Assembly (NCBI GenBank): GCA_964474435.1
Contig: CAYYSI010000002.1
Span: 92,260-156,259, forward strand
Reading direction: 5' to 3'
From: an uncultured Candidatus Saccharibacteria bacterium
GTDB lineage: Bacteria > Patescibacteriota > Minisyncoccia > Phycocordibacterales > UBA9973
DNA length: 64,000 nt
The position numbers and the translations under genes were made by a program. Position 1 is the first letter of the stretch; every line of letters starts with the position of its first letter. The notes beneath the pieces were generated by a model that worked only from the letters and a program-made list of their open reading frames with translations, did not search any database and was not told where the DNA came from. Shown here piece after piece: positions 39,367 to 47,840 of this stretch.

Positions 39367-39415
39367 GCCCCGTTAGAAGCAGGATGCGGAAGCACACACT
39401 GCTTTCTAATGGGGT
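39367..39415. repeat. REP-like palindrome
   Basis: CCCCGTTAGAAGCAG-N16-CTGCTTTCTAATGGGG immediately after the xer stop. Confidence 0.65.
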
Positions 39416-39672
39416 TATACACAGTTGTGCGTTGTGAATGCTGTTGCTACAATGAACACAGAACGCTGTTATTCAAAAATCCAATACTTCCTACGTAACG
39501 ACCATCATGTCGTTTAACAACATTAATTGTTTCCGTATACATTTACGATTAATAATTCAAACAAACAAAACCAGTAGTTCTTTTTCAATTTGCCACTCCT
39601 TTATGAAGTAAATAAACTTCTCAACATATAAAACCCCTATTTTCTCAGGGGTTTTCTTTTTGCTTGGGTATA

Positions 39673-39701
39673 TTGACAAATAGTATAATATATGCTATTA
39701 T
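39673..39701 (+). promoter_or_regulatory. Sigma70-type promoter
   Basis: TTGACA-N17-TATTAT with an extended TG. Confidence 0.75.
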
Positions 39702-39772
39702 ATACTCAGATAAGGTTAATCCTCACCTTCTAAAAAGAGCCGATCTTTTAAAACAAAAAAACAACTAAAAAG

Positions 39773-40384
39773 ATGAAAAAAATCTTATGTATTTTCGCAG
39801 CAATACTTATTGTTACTTTTACTGCTTCTGCAGAACCAAAAGATTCATTATGTAAATGTCCTACACCGGTAGGTACGATTGGTAAAAGTAAAAATAAAGC
39901 ATCAGGTGCACCACGCCAAAGTGTAATACCAACGTATTCATCATCGATATCGAACAGTTTCAATACGACGACGAATAATTATTATTACCCCGCACCATAC
40001 TATCCACCTGTTGAAGTTGTACAAAAAACCCAACCCCTTCAACCTGTTTCGACGCCACTCTCTGATCTTGTGGATGGGTTCCTATGGGGTGTACTTTTTC
40101 TAATTCTTGTCACAGCGCTGATATTGTTAGGAATCCTTTTCTGGAAATTCATCCAAAAGATGAAGGCTACTCCTCTTACTTCGAAAGATGAAAAAAAGGA
40201 AGTTACAAGCCATCATAGTGTGGTTGAAACAAAATCCGATCCAAGCGATCTTAAAAAAGATGCAATTGAAAAAGCATCGGCAGGTGGTGGAAGTTTTAGT
40301 TCAAGAGCTGACGGAAGTTGGAAAGTTGATTTTCCAAAACCTGAAGTAAAAACAGACGAAAACAAGCAACAGGTGCCACAGTAA
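39773..40384 (+). CDS. Orphan protein with signal peptide and one TM
   Basis: MKKILCIFAAILIVTFTASA-E; TM GFLWGVLFLILVTALILLGILFW; own promoter and terminator. Confidence 0.75.
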   Translation: MKKILCIFAAILIVTFTASAEPKDSLCKCPTPVGTIGKSKNKASGAPRQSVIPTYSSSISNSFNTTTNNYYYPAPYYPPVEVVQKTQPLQPVSTPLSDLVDGFLWGVLFLILVTALILLGILFWKFIQKMKATPLTSKDEKKEVTSHHSVVETKSDPSDLKKDAIEKASAGGGSFSSRADGSWKVDFPKPEVKTDENKQQVPQ

Positions 40385-40459
40385 TTTTTTCATCTTCTGA
40401 AACCGAACCCTTCCAATTTTTTGGAAGGGTTTTTTATTTCCTGAAAAATATGATAAGGT

Positions 40460-40759
40460 ATGGCAAAACAAAAAATAGTTATTTTTATGAAACAAGAGAA
40501 TGGAAAGAAAGCGATACTTATCGCTGTCGCACTATTAGCAGTCTCAGGCATATTTGCTTGGGAAAATCGTGATCAGTACACCACTATTTGGACAAAGACT
40601 GAGCCAGGAAAACCTGATTCAACACTCAAGATCACCCTTACTGGTGATACATCCTTGATAAAGGATACAATGAAATTATTGAAACGTCCTGACAAGGACA
40701 CCCTCGTTTCTATTTCAGATTCGAGTTTCACATCCCCGATCGTATTGATCAAACAATAA
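40460..40759 (+). CDS. Small secreted or membrane-anchored orphan
   Basis: Hydrophobic AILIAVALLAVSGIFA segment; terminator follows. Confidence 0.65.
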   Translation: MAKQKIVIFMKQENGKKAILIAVALLAVSGIFAWENRDQYTTIWTKTEPGKPDSTLKITLTGDTSLIKDTMKLLKRPDKDTLVSISDSSFTSPIVLIKQ

Positions 40760-40823
40760 AACCATTTTTTTCACACAAAAGCGCTCAGTAAATGGGCGCT
40801 TCTTTATTTGCTATACTCATCCT

Positions 40824-41594
40824 ATGAAACTCATCTCTTGGAACACCAATGGCCTGCGCGCTACTGCAAAGCAGGGCTACTTTGATCCCCTGTTTCGAGA
40901 CTTTGATCCGGATATTTTGTGCCTCCAAGAAACCAAGGCAACACCTGATCAACTTCCCGAAGAAGTGCGCAATGTATTTGGATACGAATCATTTTTTGCA
41001 TTCCCTACTATCAAGAAAGGCTACAGTGGCGTCGGTGTGTATACCAAAGAGTCTCCGCTCAAGGTTGTGTATGGCATCGGAGACGAAGCACTCGATGCAG
41101 AAGGCCGCACGATCACGTGTGAGTACAAAGACTTTTATTTCATCAACTGCTACTTCCCTAACGGTGGCGGTGCGCCCGAACGACTCGAGTACAAGCTCGC
41201 CTTTTATGAACAATTTCTCAAACACATCGAGAAGCTTGAGAAAAAGAAGCCGGTGATATTTTGTGGCGATGTGAATGTCGCGCATACAGAAATAGATCTC
41301 GCTCGCCCAAAAGAAAATGCGACACATGTCGGCTTTCTCCCTATCGAGCGTGCATGGATGGACAAGGTAGTAAAAAAAGGATGGATCGATGTATTCCGAC
41401 ATCTGCACCCTGATGCACGTGATGTCTATACCTACTGGGACCAATACTCACATGCCCGCGAACGCAATGTCGGGTGGCGTATCGACTACTTCTTTGTCTC
41501 GCCGAAACTTTTGCCAAAGGTGAAAGAATTCAAAACCCTCACTGACTACTACGGCTCCGACCACTGCCCCATCCTCCTCGACATCGACCTCTAG
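40824..41594 (+). CDS. xth: Exodeoxyribonuclease III / AP endonuclease
   Basis: SWNTNGLRA, LQETK, GYSGV, GDVNVAH, GWRIDYF, GSDHCP. Confidence 0.96.
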   Translation: MKLISWNTNGLRATAKQGYFDPLFRDFDPDILCLQETKATPDQLPEEVRNVFGYESFFAFPTIKKGYSGVGVYTKESPLKVVYGIGDEALDAEGRTITCEYKDFYFINCYFPNGGGAPERLEYKLAFYEQFLKHIEKLEKKKPVIFCGDVNVAHTEIDLARPKENATHVGFLPIERAWMDKVVKKGWIDVFRHLHPDARDVYTYWDQYSHARERNVGWRIDYFFVSPKLLPKVKEFKTLTDYYGSDHCPILLDIDL

Positions 41595-41647
41595 CCATTT
41601 CCTTTACAAAAGTGTGTTTTGTGGTAATGTAGTACAAAACCTCCTTT

Positions 41648-41989
41648 ATGATACCCGTTAACAAAATATCTAAAACTACTGGTTACTACGCAGTAGCCGC
41701 ACTCTTTATTTCTATTGTCGTAGTAGTACTCAAAGATGATAGTAACTCAATGGCGATCGCTGGAATATTGTCAGCAATAGTAGGTATTCTCGTAGTCTGT
41801 ATTATGTGTTTTCCGAAATTATGGAAGATTAAGATAATAGATGAAGAATCACCAGATGAAACAACTGAGCATAACCATGCTGGCGAAGATGAGTTTATGA
41901 AACCATTTTTTACAGAAGAAGAGATGGTTGCTATTGATCCCGGAGCTACCGAATTCACTTTTGACAATCCTGCGGTTTCACAAAATTAA
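41648..41989 (+). CDS. AT-rich orphan, 2 TM plus acidic tail
   Basis: Two hydrophobic helices; terminator ATCCCCGTAC/GTACGGGGAT downstream. Confidence 0.7.
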   Translation: MIPVNKISKTTGYYAVAALFISIVVVVLKDDSNSMAIAGILSAIVGILVVCIMCFPKLWKIKIIDEESPDETTEHNHAGEDEFMKPFFTEEEMVAIDPGATEFTFDNPAVSQN

Positions 41990-42060
41990 ATAACCCCGTA
42001 AAAAAAGTATCCCCGTACAGCTAAGTACGGGGATTTTGTATGAAAAATATTTTTAGTTGG

Positions 42061-42198
42061 TTACGCAGCTCTTCGATAGGACTGGCTTTTGTTGTTCGGT
42101 CGTCGATACGACACTTTCTGTTTACGGGTAGCAATTTCGGTAACTAGTGCGTCGGTATGTTTCATCGACGTCTTTTTCTTGTTTGGAACATTTTTCAT
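42061..42198 (-). CDS. Small basic protein (45 aa), not in the ORF track
   Basis: MKNVPNKKKTSMKHTDALVTEIATRKQKVSYRRPNNKSQSYRRAA; TATAAC upstream; converges on the hairpin at ~42009-42037. Confidence 0.5.
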   Translation of the reverse strand: MKNVPNKKKTSMKHTDALVTEIATRKQKVSYRRPNNKSQSYRRAA

Positions 42199-42280
42199 AT
42201 AAAATATATGTTTTTCTTAGTTATACCAACTAACCCTTGTGCTGTAAAGGAAAAGGAGTAGACTGAAGAAAACGATCGTT

Positions 42281-42766
42281 ATGAAAGATACTCATTCTGA
42301 ACTTGAAAAATTATGGGCAGAGCTTTCAGATAACAAGCCATACCCAGTTGAAGATTTGTATACCCATGTGATTGCTGAAGGTAAAAGAAACCGAGAGGAC
42401 TATTGGTCTATATACGACAAATTAGTTCACCATGAACTCGATCCTAGTATAGTTTATTTTGACAATGCTAGTCCGATTGATATTCTCGAAATGATTGAAG
42501 ATTTTTGTAAAAAACTTACACTTACCTTGAATCAGATATGGAAAGTCTCTTGGCATACTACAAGCACAATGAAAAGTACAAGGAGGTTTTCTAATTTGAT
42601 AACTGGAGTTAGTGGTGATCTGGAATATATTCAAGACAAGATAGAAATGGTAAATAATGATATAGATTTATTCCATTTCCATTTTCCTTGGAAATACACT
42701 GATACTTCATTTCGTCAGCACCCTCCCTCGTATGATTCAGAGTATTACAAATATCAAAAAAATTAA
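42281..42766 (+). CDS. AT-rich orphan hypothetical protein
   Basis: 161-aa ORF followed by an AAAAACCGG/CCGGTTTTT hairpin. Confidence 0.7.
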   Translation: MKDTHSELEKLWAELSDNKPYPVEDLYTHVIAEGKRNREDYWSIYDKLVHHELDPSIVYFDNASPIDILEMIEDFCKKLTLTLNQIWKVSWHTTSTMKSTRRFSNLITGVSGDLEYIQDKIEMVNNDIDLFHFHFPWKYTDTSFRQHPPSYDSEYYKYQKN

Positions 42767-42817
42767 AAACCGGCTCATATTTATGAACCGGTTTTTTTAT
42801 TTCAGAATAAGAAAGTA

Positions 42818-42922
42818 TTAGCCTGCAAAAGTGGGAAGATGTTTCTTTCGATACATGCTTTTCTTTTTCATTTTTTTAATAACTTTCTTCTGTTTCTTGG
42901 TAGTATTTTTCTTTTTTGGCAT
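42818..42922 (-). CDS. Lys-rich micropeptide (34 aa), not in the ORF track
   Basis: MPKKKNTTKKQKKVIKKMKKKSMYRKKHLPTFAG; ends just before the hairpin at ~42765-42798. Confidence 0.4.
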   Translation of the reverse strand: MPKKKNTTKKQKKVIKKMKKKSMYRKKHLPTFAG

Positions 42923-42975
42923 ATAATGAGCGTTTTGATCCGATTGAGTAAATCAGATTTTGGGACCTTTGCCAA

Positions 42976-43803
42976 CTAGTGAGCAACAAAGAAATGTTGT
43001 CCAAGCATCTTCTTGAGTTTTTGTGCTTTGCGAGCATTTCGAGAAATCGTGAGCTTGGTCTTGCCATAGGCTACAAGTGCTTGGAGGGTTGGTATCACCG
43101 AGTCATCAAAGGCTTCGGTCCATGTATAGAAATCATCCACGGCCTGTGCAATATCCGGATCAATAGATGCTTCGATAATATAGTCACCAAATATGTTGAG
43201 ATAGTAATTTCGTTTCTCAAATACTGGCTTTTCAACTATGTGGTATTGGAGGTACGTGCCGTCAAAGAACTGCTTGGTATATATATCGAGCGGATCGTTA
43301 CTCCCGACAGTGAGCCAGATCTGTCGTTTCATATCTTTTAATTTATTGAATAAGTGCACCTCGCTCTCCTGTCGTGCGAGCATGAACCATTCATGTGGGT
43401 TGTAGATATAGATCGGCTCCTTTGTCGTATCAGCAAGCACATCAAATGCATGCCCCCAAAACTTATCCGCTTCATGAGGACTCTTGAATGCATAGCTGAT
43501 CTTGTCCCCGTCATCCAGAGAGAGGAAATCTACTCCTTCTCGTCGTGCACCATACCGCTCCTGTGCTCTGGCAAAGAAATCTGCCATCTTGCCCAGCCAC
43601 ACGTTCGAGAGCGAAAACTGTGTCCCATGCTTCACGACGACTTCCTCTGCGATCAAGCGACGCAGCACGACATAGAGGGCTTGTTTGGTGAGGGTTTTCT
43701 TGATTCCCCGAGCTGCTTGGAGCAATTGCGCGCCTGTTGCCGCATTTCCTGCCAATTTGCCGATTATCGACTCTTCTATAGTTGTCGGATGCTTGAAATC
43801 CAT
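42976..43803 (-). CDS. Hypothetical protein, probable N-terminal winged-HTH regulator
   Basis: LTKQALYVVLRRLIAEEVVVK..FSLS wHTH-like pattern; divergent from the SDR-like gene. Confidence 0.65.
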   Translation of the reverse strand: MDFKHPTTIEESIIGKLAGNAATGAQLLQAARGIKKTLTKQALYVVLRRLIAEEVVVKHGTQFSLSNVWLGKMADFFARAQERYGARREGVDFLSLDDGDKISYAFKSPHEADKFWGHAFDVLADTTKEPIYIYNPHEWFMLARQESEVHLFNKLKDMKRQIWLTVGSNDPLDIYTKQFFDGTYLQYHIVEKPVFEKRNYYLNIFGDYIIEASIDPDIAQAVDDFYTWTEAFDDSVIPTLQALVAYGKTKLTISRNARKAQKLKKMLGQHFFVAH

Positions 43804-43874
43804 GCCTAAGGATAGCAAAATCTCCTATAAAAGTAAAATAATATTTTACAAATATATCCAAAAACCCTTATATT

Positions 43875-43903
43875 TTGACAAATCTTATAAATATATGCAT
43901 AAT
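43875..43903 (+). promoter_or_regulatory. Sigma70-type promoter of the SDR-like gene
   Basis: TTGACA-N17-CATAAT. Confidence 0.65.
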
Positions 43904-43987
43904 ATGTGCAGGATAGAGTACTTTGAGATTGGTTCTAGGTTCGTAGTGTGATTCGGCCGAACACATTACTTATCTAAAACAAACTAT

Positions 43988-44785
43988 ATGAAACTTATTA
44001 TTATCGGAGGTGTTACTGGGTCTATAGGTCAGGAAATCCTGCGGAAATATCTCCTGGAGAAAGAAACCTTGATCTATGGTATCTCAAGGAAGGGTGTTTC
44101 TGTTTCCAGTTTCTCTAGCCTACCCAATCACAATATGATTGTTGGAGTAGATCTTCGAAACACTGCTTCTATAAGCGAATTTGTTTCCAAGATTCCCGTA
44201 CAGCACTACGACAGCATCTCTTACTTCCACTTAGTTGGTGAATTCAAGACTGAAATAACCGAGGGGTTTGAAGTGTTGGTTCAAAACGATCTGGATGAAG
44301 ATGGGATCGATGACGCGGTGCATGGACTGGTAGCAAAAGCATATCAAGATATGGTCTCCGGACTTATCGAGATTGCAGCTACTACCAATGCCGCGCTCAA
44401 AGTAGCCTCGCTCGGTTCTCTTGCTGATGTACATGATATTCCCTGTTTTCAATCGTTCAGGAAATCTCGTGAAATTGTGAAAACTTTTTCCCAAGAGATC
44501 TCCCAGAACAATTCGATCGCAAGTTTTTATCTGTTTAACACCAGCACGATCCTCTCTGCGGATGAAATGTTGGAGCGGCCATTTATATTTTCAACAAACG
44601 TTGATCCGACCTATTGGATCACTCCATCAGAACTTGTTGAGAAGGCACTTAGCTTCATGGGTTCCAGTAATGGAATCATCGAACGAGATATCTATCTTGC
44701 AAATCCGCAGTTTTCCGACGATTACTTCGATCCAACTGTCACCCTCAGGAGAAGAGTGCAGGAGCTGTACAACAAAATTATTTAA
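43988..44785 (+). CDS. Atypical SDR/Rossmann-fold protein
   Basis: GGVTGSIGQEI, GISR, VDL, LGS; canonical YxxxK absent (FRKSR). Confidence 0.7.
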   Translation: MKLIIIGGVTGSIGQEILRKYLLEKETLIYGISRKGVSVSSFSSLPNHNMIVGVDLRNTASISEFVSKIPVQHYDSISYFHLVGEFKTEITEGFEVLVQNDLDEDGIDDAVHGLVAKAYQDMVSGLIEIAATTNAALKVASLGSLADVHDIPCFQSFRKSREIVKTFSQEISQNNSIASFYLFNTSTILSADEMLERPFIFSTNVDPTYWITPSELVEKALSFMGSSNGIIERDIYLANPQFSDDYFDPTVTLRRRVQELYNKII

Positions 44786-44894
44786 CCCTCTAAAAGAAGT
44801 TGAGCGAAATAATACCGTTTCGCTCTCATTATTCAGCTCATCAAATACTTGGTGGTCTGATTGTGAAACAAATTGTTCATTTAAAAAATATAAT

Positions 44895-45212
44895 ATGAAA
44901 TATCAAAATATCACTCTTACACTTATCAAAGGTGAGCACGATACAAACATGATTATCCCTTTTGAAGCATCTTTCCTAAATACTGTTAAGATTATTCCGT
45001 ATTTTGAATCTGCGGCGTGTCTCCCTATGGATTTTCCTAACGAATGGTTTTTCAAAAAAATTCTATTAAAAATTAAAGGGAAATTAAAAGTTGTAACATT
45101 CACTTATCATGTCGTGGGTTGGGACGGTAGTTTTCCGATCATAGATCGTATTTATGATTACGAGCCCGGTAAAGAAAATTTAGAAAATCTCCACATTTTT
45201 ATCGAGTCCTAA
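44895..45212 (+). CDS. AT-rich orphan hypothetical protein
   Basis: ATG 44895 within a longer frame; terminator AAAAACCG/CGGTTTTT follows. Confidence 0.6.
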   Translation: MKYQNITLTLIKGEHDTNMIIPFEASFLNTVKIIPYFESAACLPMDFPNEWFFKKILLKIKGKLKVVTFTYHVVGWDGSFPIIDRIYDYEPGKENLENLHIFIES

Positions 45213-45246
45213 CAATTCAAAAACCGACCATCACTGGCCGGTTTTT

Positions 45247-46785
45247 TTATTTCTTCTTCACTCCATGTTTCACGTGCAACTTCCCTACTTCTTCGTCGTT
45301 TGCTTCATCTTTGGAATGTTTCCCCTTCTCTCCTAATACTTTGAGGTCTTTATCCTCCAATTCATCCAGATCTTTGACCCGTTCAGAGAGGATTTCGACG
45401 GTATTAAGCGTTGGATCTTCGAGGACTTCCTCGAGTAATGCATGCAGGATCCAGCCCATACGAGGACCTGGTTTCATGTGTAATACCTCCATGAGGTATT
45501 TCCCATCAACCTTTAGCTGTGAAACCGAGATCGGGTCGCGGAGTGCTTCGTCGATCATGGCGTGGTATTTGCGCAGTCTATAGGGCGCTTCGGCCTTTTT
45601 CATACCGACGCGGTCGCATTCGCGGACTTCCATGAGCTCCCAGATATGCTCAGGTTTCACCTTTTGGATGATGCGGCGCACCGCAGAGAGCGTGATTTGC
45701 TCAGTATCAGAGAAAAACATGTGATTGCGCACCAGTGTAACTACCAAATCAGTCGTTTCACGTGAAAACCTGAGACGCTCCATGATCTTCTTGGTCATCC
45801 TCGCACCTACGACCTCGTGCCCAAAGAATGTGTATTTGTCCTTGGTCCGGTCATAGCGACGGGTTGCGGGCTTGCCAATATCATGAAACAGAGCTGTGAG
45901 GCGTATTTCACGTGAAAAGTTCTTGTCGGCAGCATGCTGGAGGGCATGTAGGAGGTGCTGGTACACATCATAGATATGAGCACCCTTTTGCTCACACCCA
46001 ATCCCCTCATATAGTTCTGGAATGATGTGTTTGAGGAGTCCAGACTTCTCGAGCATAACAATGCCTGCGGCAGGGCTGTCGGAATCAATGATTTTGACCA
46101 GTTCATCCCGGATACGCTCCCCTGAGATGTGTTTGAGGAGGTCGGCATTTGTAGTAATAGACTCAAATGTTTCATGTGTAACAGCAAAACCTAGGGTTGT
46201 GGAAAACCTGACTGCTCGGAGCATGCGGAGCGCGTCTTCGTTGAAGCGTACGTCTGGATAAAGGACACATCTGATAGATTTGTCCTTTATGTCCTTTATA
46301 CCTCCAAATACGTCTATAACACTGTCCTTTATGGGATCCCAAGCTATGGCGTTCATCGTGAAGTCACGACGTTCGAGGTCTTTGCGGATATCTGTTTCAT
46401 ATGAAACGGTGTCCGGATGGCGGGTGTCACTATAGGATCCCTCAGATCGATAAGTCGTAACTTGGGCAATGTTGTCTAAATCAGGTGTTTCCTCCCCCTT
46501 CGCATCTCCCTCCGGTCGTGCTACGGAGGACAGTCGCGTGCTCCTCTCCGGGGATATGTTGATCACTGTCACTGTCCCGAAGTCATTTTCGTTCACAGTC
46601 TTGAGTTCTGGGAATGTAGTGATCACCTGCTCAGGTCGAGCATTGGTTGCAATGTCCCAGTCCTTGGGCACGACTCCCCTGATCATATCTCGCACACAGC
46701 CGCCCACCAGGTACGCCTCAAAACCCGCTTCTTGCAGGGTCCGAGTTACACGTGTAACAAATGGTGGGATTTTTGAGGTATCCAT
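45247..46785 (-). CDS. cca: CCA-adding tRNA nucleotidyltransferase with HD domain
   Basis: LVGGCVRD, DWDIAT, DLERRDFTMNA, EDALRMLRAVRF, SGERI, HDIGK. Confidence 0.93.
   Translation of the reverse strand: MDTSKIPPFVTRVTRTLQEAGFEAYLVGGCVRDMIRGVVPKDWDIATNARPEQVITTFPELKTVNENDFGTVTVINISPERSTRLSSVARPEGDAKGEETPDLDNIAQVTTYRSEGSYSDTRHPDTVSYETDIRKDLERRDFTMNAIAWDPIKDSVIDVFGGIKDIKDKSIRCVLYPDVRFNEDALRMLRAVRFSTTLGFAVTHETFESITTNADLLKHISGERIRDELVKIIDSDSPAAGIVMLEKSGLLKHIIPELYEGIGCEQKGAHIYDVYQHLLHALQHAADKNFSREIRLTALFHDIGKPATRRYDRTKDKYTFFGHEVVGARMTKKIMERLRFSRETTDLVVTLVRNHMFFSDTEQITLSAVRRIIQKVKPEHIWELMEVRECDRVGMKKAEAPYRLRKYHAMIDEALRDPISVSQLKVDGKYLMEVLHMKPGPRMGWILHALLEEVLEDPTLNTVEILSERVKDLDELEDKDLKVLGEKGKHSKDEANDEEVGKLHVKHGVKKK
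46490..46552. repeat. Palindromic element inserted in-frame in cca
   Basis: TCCTCC..CTTCGC..GCTACGGAGGAC hairpin; resembles the intergenic copy at 48309-48336. Confidence 0.6.
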
Positions 46786-46802
46786 AGGGATATTCTATAT
46801 AG

Positions 46803-46874
46803 TGCACCCATCAGGACTCGAACCTGAAACGACGCTTCCGAAGAGCGCTGTGATATCCATTTCACCATGGGTGC
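46803..46874 (-). tRNA. tRNA-Arg(TCG)
   Basis: Cloverleaf GCACCCA/TGGGTGC, anticodon loop CTTCGGA, GTTCGAG; CCA not encoded. Confidence 0.93.
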
Positions 46875-46940
46875 GTATTGCAACTATAGCATTATTAAGG
46901 TTTTTTGCAATTGTAAACCAATGTAGTAGTATATAATACG

Positions 46941-47591
46941 ATGAGAAAGGACAAAGATTTTATATTCACATTGCGCAAAGGAGGGGACTCATATAGGCAA
47001 ATCCAGGCAAAAACAGGGGTTTCACGTGCAACACTTACTAAGTGGTTTGGCAATACTGAGTGGTCAAAGGAGCTAAAAGTGGTCCATACTGACATTGAAA
47101 CCAGAAGCTCAAAGGAGCGAATGATCCGCCTCAATATGGTACGAAAGTTAAAGCTACAGTATGCATACGCACTTATTGAGTCTGAAGCTGTAAAGGAATA
47201 CGAGCTTTACAAGAAAGAACCGCTTTTTTGGGCAGGACTTATGCTCTATGCAGGCGAAGGGGAGAAGACCTCAAAAGGCTTGATTCGTATAAGCAGCAGT
47301 GAGACCTATATCCATAGGATCTTTGGGGATTTTGCCCAAAAGTACCTAGCAGTAGGGGAGAAATCATTGAAATATGGTCTCTTGGTGCACGAAGGGCAGG
47401 ATGAAGGTGTCTGTAAGAGTAAATGGGCACAAGAGCTCTCTCTAGATGATGGTGACTTCTATAAAACCCAGACCCTAAGGGGGCGAGAAACCAGATTGCA
47501 ATATGGTGTCTGTATGAGTATAATCTCGAATACTGGTCTGAAGAGAAAGGTACTAAAGTGGCTTTCTTTGGCACAGAATGAGAAATTTTGA
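46941..47591 (+). CDS. tRNA-flanked HTH + LAGLIDADG-like hypothetical protein
   Basis: LRKGGDSYRQIQAKTGVSRATLTKW (HTH); AGLMLYAGEG, ISSSE..F, YGVC. Confidence 0.65.
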   Translation: MRKDKDFIFTLRKGGDSYRQIQAKTGVSRATLTKWFGNTEWSKELKVVHTDIETRSSKERMIRLNMVRKLKLQYAYALIESEAVKEYELYKKEPLFWAGLMLYAGEGEKTSKGLIRISSSETYIHRIFGDFAQKYLAVGEKSLKYGLLVHEGQDEGVCKSKWAQELSLDDGDFYKTQTLRGRETRLQYGVCMSIISNTGLKRKVLKWLSLAQNEKF

Positions 47592-47594
47592 TAT

Positions 47595-47665
47595 GCGGTC
47601 ATAGTTTAGTGGTAGAACGACTCGTTGCCAACGAGTAGGTTGGGTTTCGATTACCCATGATCGCA
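47595..47665 (+). tRNA. tRNA-Gly(GCC)
   Basis: GCGGTCA/TGATCGC acceptor stem, loop TTGCCAA, TTCGATT. Confidence 0.93.
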
Positions 47666-47840
47666 CAGAGTATATAAAGAACAAAAAGACCTTATTATGT
47701 AGGGTCTTTTTGTTTGTGTTGATATGTCTCATAGACAAAACCTGTCGAATATGGGGACAAAACCTTTAATAATCAACGAAACTGTGGATAACTAGGTGTA
47801 TATGTGGGATAACGGACGACTTTTACGCTACACTGTCCCT

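Noticed and set aside
39507-39611. 34-aa ORF between a TACAAT element and a terminator
   Set aside because: No coding signal or motif; a short transcript is possible but unsupported.
38454-42766. Integron (tyrosine recombinase plus downstream orphans)
   Set aside because: No evident IntI-specific insertion and no attC-type sites; the housekeeping gene xth interrupts the run.
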